This document shows, piece after piece, positions 17,617 through 26,056 of a DNA stretch of 64,000 nucleotides. The notes beneath the pieces were generated by a model that made no database searches, was not told the DNA's origin, and saw only the letters and a list, made by a program, of their open reading frames with translations. The stretch is taken from the NCBI GenBank assembly GCA_033977065.1, contig JAXCHI010000003.1:608001-672000 (forward strand), read 5' to 3'. Every line of letters begins with the position of its first letter. Within the stretch, counting starts at the first letter, position 1. This DNA is from Candidatus Algichlamydia australiensis. Its GTDB lineage: Bacteria; Chlamydiota; Chlamydiia; Chlamydiales; JAJFMI01. The position numbers were made by a program, and so were the translations under genes.

Positions 17617-19776
17617 GTGTTTGGTGGGGTCTGCAATTACAGGACGGTAGCGGACGCGTTCGCTCTGCCCCAAAAAAATGATCATTCTTACCTCTTTCCT
17701 GACGGGTTTGAGTTAGTATTTCATGAAAATCATCAGAAAAAATCGGCAAAAAAGTATCAATGGATCACTCCAGACAAGATTTCTTTTCCCTTTTCTCATC
17801 AAAAGGGAATAATCCGTACCTTTTTCGGCGATATCCACTCTTTTTTTTCAAGCTTTTCCTATGAATCGGAAATCTTGGATCCTGAGTTTTCCAGTGAAGA
17901 GCATAGAATTATTTCTGAGAAGGAAAGGGAAATATTTATAAACCTTGGTAACTCCTTTCTGTCAGAACGGAGTAAATCAAATTACAGCATCCATGAAGTA
18001 GAGAAGTTAGGCAAAGACTCTTTTCTTTGTGTCAATGGTAAAACATCTACAGCGAAGCAGAGACATAAGGCAATTTTTGCCTACATCAGGACATTTTTTC
18101 TTCAAAACAGGTATGAATGCAGGCGAATTTTTTTTGATTCAAAAGTGGTAATCGTAGTAGCTCCTCGCAAAAGGGAAGAAGTTCAAATGGGCTATATTTT
18201 ATTTGCAGACTGCAAAAAAGAAGAAGCGAGGATAGTGGAATATGGAGAGCTAAGCAGTCTAGAGCGCGAGCTGTTTTCTAATGAAGAAAAAAAATTTGTA
18301 ACTTTTCGGAATCTTGAAACTGGGTTAGTTGCTCGAGGGATTGAAAAAGAGTGGGAAATCAACGATGAAATTTCATTTGTGCAAATTGGGGGAGACATAT
18401 TAGCTCGAATTAATAAGAGTGGTATAGAGGAACATTACACCACTCCCTTTACAACAGTAGGCCCTTCCGAAAGCGAAATCCCTTTAGGTTTTGAAGAAAA
18501 ATACGTTGGGATGTTTCCTTCTCTAGTTAAAGGAATTATTGTTTTTTACAGGTCGTTTAAGGGTGAAAATTCTTCAATAGAAGCCGCTTCTAAAGAGTTT
18601 CATCTTAGTAAGAGTAAAATAGAAATTTTTGGGAGTTCCCGGTTCCAAAAATATTTTGGCAAATTAGGGCGATTTGACTGGGAAGGTGTAGCAGATTGGA
18701 CTTTTAAAAGTTTTATCGAGGAACGTGAAATATATTTAATTAAGTTAAGAGATGCTGCTAGTGTCGTTTTTTATAACAAATCCTCTAAAGAAATGGTCCT
18801 TCGAAAAGTAGGTGGTAGTCCAAAGGATATAAAAAGTTTATTAAATTTCCCAGAAGAAATTTTCCCAAATATAGAAAGGAATAAATTAGAGATTTCAAGG
18901 TTTGCTTCAACTCTTGAACTCCCTGTCTTTAAAAATTCCAATTATTTTGGAAAAGGGAGAGTATTTTTCAATGCTAAAACCCTCAGTACTGAACAAAAAT
19001 TTTGCCAAGGTGCAGTTCTCCCATTGGTGAAATTTTTGTTCAGTACTGAGGGTAAAACCACTCCTATTGGAAATTGCTTAAGAGTTGAAAAAAAAGGGGG
19101 TAAAAAAAGTGTTTTTATGTCTTTAACAGAGGAGGCAAATGCTGCTTTAGAAAAAAGGTCTTCTTCAAATCTTTCTGTAATATTGGAAGATCGTTGTCCT
19201 GTTGAAAAATTTCTATTGACATTTTTGCCGGGTCCAGCAATAGACGAAAATAAAATAAAAATTCAAGAAACTAGGTCAATATTTGATCCCGATCTTTTTT
19301 TAACTTCAAGAAGGAGCGTGCTTTGTCTGTATGTAAATTCTCCATCTGAGATGAGTTATTTTTCTTTCCAAGATCTCTTTGCCAGCTATACAGGTCATGC
19401 ATTAGTTATCCTAGAGAAAATTAATGGGGCTAGACACGAGACGCTTTGGATTGATGCAATTAGGGGTGATAATGGGAGACTTCAGGTTAGAAGACATGAG
19501 CAGTCTTGGAGAAATAACCCCGCAAAGCCAAGAAAGGCTTGGGAGGTTCGAGCGAGCCAGGTCGACAAATTTATGGAAATTTTTGATGGTGTTAGGGTTG
19601 GCCATTTAGCAGCTCAACAATTTGGATGGTTGAATGGTCGTAAGGATACACAAAATTGCTTAAGTTTTGGCCGTAAGCTACTATTAGCTTGTGGTATTCC
19701 AGAGGAAGAATTGCCAGATCCAGGCCTTTTGGAAAACCCTCACTCATATGTCAATAGAAGAAAGAGAAAAAAATAG
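17617..19776 (+). CDS. Hypothetical protein with C-terminal permuted papain-like domain
   Basis: 719-aa ORF, GGAGG RBS; GHALVILE ... QNCLSFGRKLL; basic tail RRKRKK. Confidence 0.75.
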   Translation: MFGGVCNYRTVADAFALPQKNDHSYLFPDGFELVFHENHQKKSAKKYQWITPDKISFPFSHQKGIIRTFFGDIHSFFSSFSYESEILDPEFSSEEHRIISEKEREIFINLGNSFLSERSKSNYSIHEVEKLGKDSFLCVNGKTSTAKQRHKAIFAYIRTFFLQNRYECRRIFFDSKVVIVVAPRKREEVQMGYILFADCKKEEARIVEYGELSSLERELFSNEEKKFVTFRNLETGLVARGIEKEWEINDEISFVQIGGDILARINKSGIEEHYTTPFTTVGPSESEIPLGFEEKYVGMFPSLVKGIIVFYRSFKGENSSIEAASKEFHLSKSKIEIFGSSRFQKYFGKLGRFDWEGVADWTFKSFIEEREIYLIKLRDAASVVFYNKSSKEMVLRKVGGSPKDIKSLLNFPEEIFPNIERNKLEISRFASTLELPVFKNSNYFGKGRVFFNAKTLSTEQKFCQGAVLPLVKFLFSTEGKTTPIGNCLRVEKKGGKKSVFMSLTEEANAALEKRSSSNLSVILEDRCPVEKFLLTFLPGPAIDENKIKIQETRSIFDPDLFLTSRRSVLCLYVNSPSEMSYFSFQDLFASYTGHALVILEKINGARHETLWIDAIRGDNGRLQVRRHEQSWRNNPAKPRKAWEVRASQVDKFMEIFDGVRVGHLAAQQFGWLNGRKDTQNCLSFGRKLLLACGIPEEELPDPGLLENPHSYVNRRKRKK

Positions 19777-19785
19777 GAGAGAAAA

Positions 19786-20157
19786 ATGTCTGCTAAAGTA
19801 AATTCTGATAATGGTTCAGGTATCCGAGATTTATATGATGAGGATTCAAAGCCTGTCGATCAAAGTACGGATGAGATTACAGCCTGTGTTGCCGAAGGTC
19901 TCTCTTATGCTGCAGAGAGGAGTGCTACTTTAGGAACTAAAGCATTGGCAAAAAGTGTAGTAAAAAAGTATTCACCGGAGGCTGCCGAGGCTTCAGGTAA
20001 ATCTGCACCTCACTTAGGTAAAGCAGCAGGACAAGCTGTGAAAAGTCAAAAAGGCAGAGAAATTATTGAGAAGGGGATTGATGCTTCAGCTTCTCTTCAC
20101 GAAGTTGCTGCTGATACTTCGGCCGCGACACCATCAGGTAGCTGTCAACTGATGTAA
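19786..20157 (+). CDS. Small Ala/Ser-rich hypothetical protein ending in CaaX (CQLM)
   Basis: AGGAG RBS, 9 bp after the upstream stop; C-terminus SGSCQLM. Confidence 0.75.
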   Translation: MSAKVNSDNGSGIRDLYDEDSKPVDQSTDEITACVAEGLSYAAERSATLGTKALAKSVVKKYSPEAAEASGKSAPHLGKAAGQAVKSQKGREIIEKGIDASASLHEVAADTSAATPSGSCQLM

Positions 20158-20211
20158 ATTTGGGGTCCACACGAGCTAAGGTGAATGAAAGCTTGCGAGC
20201 AAGAAGAAAAC

Positions 20212-21606
20212 TTATAGTGAATATTCTATGCTGAGGCTTTCAAGAAAGCGGTGCGTTTGCTCAACCAAATAAAATGGAAGAGAGAGCAATTTGTACTGGA
20301 TCGGTGTTCCCTTGTGGTCTTTCACATTAACTTCTGTTAATGAAGGCGGGTCGCTATTGATCCGAATTGCAATGGGGTTTTTTTTCTTCTGCATAAAATA
20401 ATGCAAAGAACGTAGTGTGCCCGTGCTTCCAGACTTTACCTCAATAGGTACAACGCTATCATGATGTTGAATAAGATAATCTATTTCAGCATTAGCGCTT
20501 GGGTTCTCTTTGCGCCAGTAATAGGTTTTCGGTTCGATGTATGCAGGAGAAAGAGCTCTTAGCAGCTGCCCTACTACCTGTTCCGAAATCGCTCCGTTAT
20601 TTACGAAATTTAAATCTTCGCATTCAAGGAGGGGCTCTAGGCGAAGGCCTAATGCTGCGTTGCATAATCCAACATCGAGAAATAACATTTTGAAACTCTT
20701 GCTTTTTACTTCGGCTCCAAGTGGTATACCATTAGCAGAACAGTAGGAAACTTTCGTGCAAATTCGTGCTTTTACAAGTAATTCAAGTGCACTTTTTATT
20801 GAATTTGCAGAAACACTCCGGTTGACATGTTGATAAATAAATTTTGTCCCAATCATTCTAGGTATGTTTTCGATCACATCTTCTAGTCTTGCTGACTCTA
20901 TTTTCCCCTGATATTTACTGAAATCATCTCGGTAAGTACTAAGCAAATTATGATGCGCTTTATTGACTTCTATAAATGAAGATTTCTTGATCCAGCAGTT
21001 GACTGCTTCTGGCATTCCTCCAACAATCGTGTACTCCCGGAAGAGTTGAAGAAATTGCTTATGAAGAGCCGCGGGGATGCTAGATGTAAGCGTTGTTTTT
21101 TTGAAAAAGTCACATGTGGTTTTTCCCAAGCGAGCAAACACAAATTCTTCAAAAGAGAGGGGTTCAAGATGCATATATTCAATGCGGCCAACAGGCATGC
21201 TAAATGTGTGTTTGGCAAGCACAAACTCTAGCAAAGATCCAGCAGCAATAACAGGTAATTCAGGGTGTTTTTCTGCAAACCAGCGCAACTTAGCAAGGAG
21301 CTCAGGTGCAGCTTGTATTTCATCCAGAAAGAGAATGATTTTTGACGGATTCAAACGCCTACCTAACGAAGACTCAATCATTGAAAGGGACTCAAAAGGA
21401 TCGTTTGATTCAAAAAATGAAGCTTTTTTGGGTGTGTCTTCAAAGTTTATTTCCACAAGCTCTCTTTTTGCGTTTCGTGCCAATTCACGGACCAGCCAGG
21501 TTTTCCCCACTTGGCGAGCGCCTCGGATCACCAATGGCTTACGGTTCTTATTTTTTAACCAACTTTCAAGAAAAGAGAGTCTTAATCTATTCATAAATGC
21601 CTCCAT
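20212..21606 (-). CDS. AAA_14 ATPase with DUF4143-type C-terminal nuclease-like domain
   Basis: GARQVGKT, LFLDEIQ, AAGS, VGGMPEAV, EIDYL...PIEVKSG. Confidence 0.9.
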   Translation of the reverse strand: MEAFMNRLRLSFLESWLKNKNRKPLVIRGARQVGKTWLVRELARNAKRELVEINFEDTPKKASFFESNDPFESLSMIESSLGRRLNPSKIILFLDEIQAAPELLAKLRWFAEKHPELPVIAAGSLLEFVLAKHTFSMPVGRIEYMHLEPLSFEEFVFARLGKTTCDFFKKTTLTSSIPAALHKQFLQLFREYTIVGGMPEAVNCWIKKSSFIEVNKAHHNLLSTYRDDFSKYQGKIESARLEDVIENIPRMIGTKFIYQHVNRSVSANSIKSALELLVKARICTKVSYCSANGIPLGAEVKSKSFKMLFLDVGLCNAALGLRLEPLLECEDLNFVNNGAISEQVVGQLLRALSPAYIEPKTYYWRKENPSANAEIDYLIQHHDSVVPIEVKSGSTGTLRSLHYFMQKKKNPIAIRINSDPPSLTEVNVKDHKGTPIQYKLLSLPFYLVEQTHRFLESLSIEYSL

Positions 21607-21676
21607 ATTTAATTAGATTGTACATGAAAATGCCCCCATTTTTCAACAGTAAATGGGTGGAAATGCCCCCATTTTT
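21595..21676. repeat. Three direct repeats AAATGCC(C/T)CCAT at exact 33-bp period
   Basis: Copies start at 21595, 21628 and 21661, over the ATPase start and upstream region. Confidence 0.85.
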
Positions 21677-21743
21677 ATCGATAATATATCTAAATATCTC
21701 ACGTTTAATAACTTGCATTCGCAACAAGTTACTTACAAAATAT

Positions 21744-23351
21744 TCATGTGATTCTTTGGATGGCGAGAATCGCTTTGGGCTGTTTCTCTAGTGGTTCGCT
21801 TAGGTTTGAGATCATCTTTTTAAAGATCGACTCAGCTTGGTTTTGCGAAGAGAGATCTTGGAATTCAAGAATGGCTTTGCTGTACTCCTCTTCAATTTCA
21901 GCAGCCTCTTTTTCAGAGCAAAAAAATTGATTGAAGGAGTGGAAGAGGAGAGTATCTCCTTCTACCCAATTATCACTTGTCTCATCAAAGACACTATTTT
22001 CATTGGCGCCGAGAAGGGGACCCTGGCTAATGAGTAGGCGTGGTTTGCCGCCACGAGTCAGGTGCCAAAAGGGAGTTTCTCCACAGGCAATAAAGCTAAA
22101 GAGATTTTCAGGAAGATTAATGAAAAGAGCAGAAAGTCCAAATGTTTGGGCGAGGGGATCGCGTGCGACCAGCTGGTTGAGCTCTTGCACAAAATCGAGA
22201 AGAGAAAAGGCGCCAGTGAGATTCTCTTGTTTGCTTGCAATGAGCGTGCGGATCATACCGCGCAGGGCGCTTACGTAGACCATCGCTTCTGCGCTATTTT
22301 CTTTGGATTCCGCAAGGAGAAGGAGATGAGTGCCATTGGGGAATTTAAAAAAATCATAGTAGAGGCCAAAGAGGAGGATGCCGTCAGGGCGGCAGAGGAC
22401 AATATCGAGTTCTGGAACTTGAGGAAGGGTTACGGGTAAAAGTTTGATTTGGGTTTGATTGAGGTTTTCCCAGATCTCTTTGATCTCATCTGCACCGGGG
22501 CGAGTCTCTTTGAGCTGACCCGATTTGATGTAGCCGGTAATATCTGTGATGAAGTCAACAACGTCTTGCGTGCGCTCTTTCGGATCGGACTTCAGCGCTT
22601 TTTCAATGATTTCTCGCAAGGAGGCAGGAAGGAGAGAGAGCTGCACAGAGCCGTAGGAGAGTTTGCCGATGATGAGTTCGTAAGCAATTACGGCAAGCGC
22701 GTAAATATCCGTGTTAAAATCAACATTTAAGGGATCTTTTTTCTGTTCAGGGCTCATGTAGCTGGGGGTGCCCATCATGCCCCCTGGTAGTGAGCGCTGC
22801 TTAGCCTTATCTTGAGTGATCTGAGCCACACCAAAGTCGATGACTTTCACTTGGCCATTTTCTGTGATTAAGATGTTTTCAGGCTTGAGGTCGCGGTGAA
22901 TCACGCCGTGTGTGTGAAGGTGGAGGAGGGCGTAGGCGACTTGCAAGATTACATCAAGGGCGCGCTTGAGTGAAAGAGAGTGCTGCACAATAAATTGGCG
23001 CAGTGAGATGCCCTGGATAAATTCCATGGAGATATAGAGGCCATTTTCCCACTCTCCTTGTCCAAAAAGTTTTACAATATTGGGATGGTCGGCAATGCGA
23101 ATGATCTCTGCCTCTTTTAAAAATTGGTCGACCATTTCTTGGTGCGAAACATATTGTGGAGAGAGCACTTTTACAGCAAGCGGCGCTTGTGTATCGGGAT
23201 GGAGGCCGAGATAGAGGAGGCTCATGCCGCCAGAGTTGAGAAGGCTTTCAATTTTATAGGGGCCAATGCGGGCGGGAATACCACTGTTGATCTGCTTCTC
23301 ATCAATCAAGTGAGGCAGAGTATTTTGCTTATAAAACTCTTGGTGTTCCAT
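21744..23351 (-). CDS. pkn5: Ser/Thr kinase Pkn5 with degenerate SpoIIE/PP2C-like C-terminus
   Basis: LAVK, HRDLKPEN, DFG, GTPSYMSPEQ; directly downstream of cdsQ. Confidence 0.88.
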   Translation of the reverse strand: MEHQEFYKQNTLPHLIDEKQINSGIPARIGPYKIESLLNSGGMSLLYLGLHPDTQAPLAVKVLSPQYVSHQEMVDQFLKEAEIIRIADHPNIVKLFGQGEWENGLYISMEFIQGISLRQFIVQHSLSLKRALDVILQVAYALLHLHTHGVIHRDLKPENILITENGQVKVIDFGVAQITQDKAKQRSLPGGMMGTPSYMSPEQKKDPLNVDFNTDIYALAVIAYELIIGKLSYGSVQLSLLPASLREIIEKALKSDPKERTQDVVDFITDITGYIKSGQLKETRPGADEIKEIWENLNQTQIKLLPVTLPQVPELDIVLCRPDGILLFGLYYDFFKFPNGTHLLLLAESKENSAEAMVYVSALRGMIRTLIASKQENLTGAFSLLDFVQELNQLVARDPLAQTFGLSALFINLPENLFSFIACGETPFWHLTRGGKPRLLISQGPLLGANENSVFDETSDNWVEGDTLLFHSFNQFFCSEKEAAEIEEEYSKAILEFQDLSSQNQAESIFKKMISNLSEPLEKQPKAILAIQRIT

Positions 23352-24455
23352 CTACTTGATTTCTGTGATTTTAACCCCAAGGCGTTCACCAATCTCAATC
23401 AATTCGCCGCGGCCGACTACTTTTCCATTAAGTGTTAGGGAGATGCCTTGCTCAGGCTTGACTGCAAGGTCTAAGACATTGCCGGGTGCGAGCTGCAAGA
23501 GTTTTTCCAAAGTAATTTTTATTCGAGTCATTTCTACATGAATTTGTAGAGGAACAGTCTCGGGTGCTATGACTGCTGGAGCACTCTCCTCTTCAACAGG
23601 AATATTCTCTTCTGGGGCCATAGGGGCGTTTTCATCATGTTCCATTTCACTCTCCTTCGCAAATTGGGCAACGCCCATAATTTTTATCTGATTATCTTTT
23701 ACTTTTGTGTGGAATAGAGGGGCGCCTTGTAGATCCATTTCAAGCGTGCCTTTCTGAGTAAGGGGGTGGTAGGGTGCACGATCTAAGAAGACGAAGTCTC
23801 CTGATTTTAAAGATTTAAACTCTTTCAGGGGAAGTTCGAAAAAGCCAGCAGTGAAGGCAACGGGAACCTCTATTTGCGAATGCCTTGCTGCTGCAAGCAA
23901 GTTCTCTTTTGTGCCAAAGTGGTTTCTAAAACCCTCTTGAAATTCTTTTGGTAAAAGCAATCTTGTCCAAATTGTCTGGCCATTCATTTCTAAGGCGATA
24001 TCAAGTGTATAGCCTGCAGTTGGTTTCACTTCGCCTTGTAAAATTTTTGGTGTGAGGTCGCCGTAAATTTTCTTTTGGTCCAGTACATTTGCTACACGCA
24101 TGCCAATGAAGCGAAAAAATCCTTTAATTAACTCGTCAGCAGAAAAACTCTCTTCAATATTTTCTCCCCCAAGCAATTCGCAAAGAGTTGTAAGATCCTC
24201 TTTCGGTATCAAAAGAAGAGCGGGGGATTTTAGAGGAGTCATTTCAAAGGCGAGAGAAATGGGGGTGGCTCCGAGTCCTGGCATAGGATCTTCACTCCAC
24301 TGCCCCTCTCCGACAGTGAGTTTAAAATTTTCGATTTGCAATTCACTTCCGAGAGCATGAGAAAAATCTTCCCACGGAAATTGAGGAGGTGTCCCCCAAG
24401 CGGGGATTTCCATTGCCTCTTTAAGTATATCTTCGATCGCTTCAGCGATTTCCAT
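23352..24455 (-). CDS. sctQ: T3SS C-ring protein CdsQ/SctQ
   Basis: C-terminal SPOA domain (GKVVGRGELIEIGERLGVKI); synteny. Confidence 0.92.
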   Translation of the reverse strand: MEIAEAIEDILKEAMEIPAWGTPPQFPWEDFSHALGSELQIENFKLTVGEGQWSEDPMPGLGATPISLAFEMTPLKSPALLLIPKEDLTTLCELLGGENIEESFSADELIKGFFRFIGMRVANVLDQKKIYGDLTPKILQGEVKPTAGYTLDIALEMNGQTIWTRLLLPKEFQEGFRNHFGTKENLLAAARHSQIEVPVAFTAGFFELPLKEFKSLKSGDFVFLDRAPYHPLTQKGTLEMDLQGAPLFHTKVKDNQIKIMGVAQFAKESEMEHDENAPMAPEENIPVEEESAPAVIAPETVPLQIHVEMTRIKITLEKLLQLAPGNVLDLAVKPEQGISLTLNGKVVGRGELIEIGERLGVKITEIK

Positions 24456-25077
24456 CTTTCACTCCGCGGGTACGTACCTGTTTTTTCTCTTTTCCTATCT
24501 TATAACGCCTTGCCACGCGGTTGATCAAGAGGCCTTCATGTTTTTGCTCGAAACGATCAACAAATTCTCCAATATGACGAGCAAAAATTTGTAGAGCAGC
24601 GTCATTACCCACAAATTCAATATTGAATGCAAAAGGCGCAGTATCAAACCTTGTCAGTTCGATCTCCACACCATTGAAGAGGGAGCAAGGATTGGGAGGA
24701 GTTAAGATCATTGTTGTTGATTCCACACCACCCTCTTCTTTAATTAGCAGAATTGCCTTTGCCATACGCTCCTCAATAAGATCAAGTTGCGACTGAATTT
24801 GCTCTATTTTTACTTCAAGCGTATCTTGCAAAACTTTGATTGTAGGATCAAGACTTGTAGCACCCTCGCCATGAATAATAAGGGTTTTCTCCTCCTCGTC
24901 CATGATCATGCTTACATCCCAAGAGATGGTAAAAACATCTTCTTTTCGCTCAGCTTGCTTTTTTTCTTCCCTCTTTTTGGCGTTGTTGTAAACTTCTTTG
25001 AAATTTTTATTGGGCTTGTTGTTTCTAGCAGGCTCTCGATTGACTCCGCTAGTTTTTACCTTGTTGATCTGATGCAT
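24442..25077 (-). CDS. Short CdsP-like paralog (needle-length ruler family)
   Basis: C-terminal SLFNGVEIELTRFDTAPFAFNIEFVGN aligns by eye with 26057..27418; overlaps the cdsQ start; ATG 25077 after AGGGG. Confidence 0.7.
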   Translation of the reverse strand: MHQINKVKTSGVNREPARNNKPNKNFKEVYNNAKKREEKKQAERKEDVFTISWDVSMIMDEEEKTLIIHGEGATSLDPTIKVLQDTLEVKIEQIQSQLDLIEERMAKAILLIKEEGGVESTTMILTPPNPCSLFNGVEIELTRFDTAPFAFNIEFVGNDAALQIFARHIGEFVDRFEQKHEGLLINRVARRYKIGKEKKQVRTRGVKDGNR

Positions 25078-25184
25078 GACCCCTATTGTACAATAAACCT
25101 GAGTTACCCGCATCTTTCGAGTTCATCTCGCCTCGCCGCTTCGCGCAGCTACCTTTTTATTGTGAAAAAGAGCATAGTGTTTAC

Positions 25185-26054
25185 ATGAGAATTTCAAGAA
25201 TCTTGTATTACGGGGCGAATTGTGCTCAGTTTGCTAATATCCAGATGCAAAGCTATGAAAAGACTGCAAGACTTTATGGTACTTTGCAACCGTGGAAGTA
25301 CTGGATAGCCCTTGGCTGTATTGGTCTAAATTCTTCAGAATGCACGGTTTTATTGCTACAGCTTCCGAATAAAAGAGGGGAGAATTTAAGGCCAGAAAAT
25401 GATAGTTTAGCAGGAACAGCGTTGGCTGTAGGTTTTCTTTTAGCTGTCTGTTATCCGTGTGTATTTTTTAGCTGGCCTCTCTTTTTAGGTGCAAAATTTC
25501 TTTTTAGACATGCCCTCTCTGCTATCACGCCTCAAAAACTCTCTTCATTTGTCGGCGATGTGGTGATGCGTCATCAGTGTACATTAAATTTTTCCTCTGA
25601 GTGTTTAGAATATTCATTCATGCAGCATCTTTCTCTCTGGAATGTTTTTTTGAGCGGTCTCATTTTATGGGTAAGTACGAAAAAAGTTGATCGGTGTGGA
25701 TCTGCTGCTATTTTTCTTTCAAATGGATTCAACTCTTTTGCTATTTCAAGATGGAATTTTCTAAAGGTGACTTATACAGATGAATCTCCACCTTATCGTA
25801 GAATTTCAAAGTTTGTATTCTCAAGCGTTTTTCAAGTATTTGAAAGAAGTAAGAGAGAGTTTTATAGCGTAGATCTGCAGGGGAATAGTGTAAGACTAAA
25901 AACGGTTCTTGATGAGTTTTGTGAAAAAAGTAAAAATTTTTGCTTCCCCTCTCGTTTGTGGTATGAAGTTGGGAGTAACCCTAAAATTAAGAGCCCTTTT
26001 TCCCTTAATTTGCTGCTCAATTACGAAGTCGATGCTACAGGGTTTCTAAGATAG
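25185..26054 (+). CDS. Hypothetical membrane protein, antisense to the T3SS operon
   Basis: ~290-aa ORF with several hydrophobic stretches; start uncertain. Confidence 0.55.
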   Translation: MRISRILYYGANCAQFANIQMQSYEKTARLYGTLQPWKYWIALGCIGLNSSECTVLLLQLPNKRGENLRPENDSLAGTALAVGFLLAVCYPCVFFSWPLFLGAKFLFRHALSAITPQKLSSFVGDVVMRHQCTLNFSSECLEYSFMQHLSLWNVFLSGLILWVSTKKVDRCGSAAIFLSNGFNSFAISRWNFLKVTYTDESPPYRRISKFVFSSVFQVFERSKREFYSVDLQGNSVRLKTVLDEFCEKSKNFCFPSRLWYEVGSNPKIKSPFSLNLLLNYEVDATGFLR

Positions 26055-26056
26055 TC

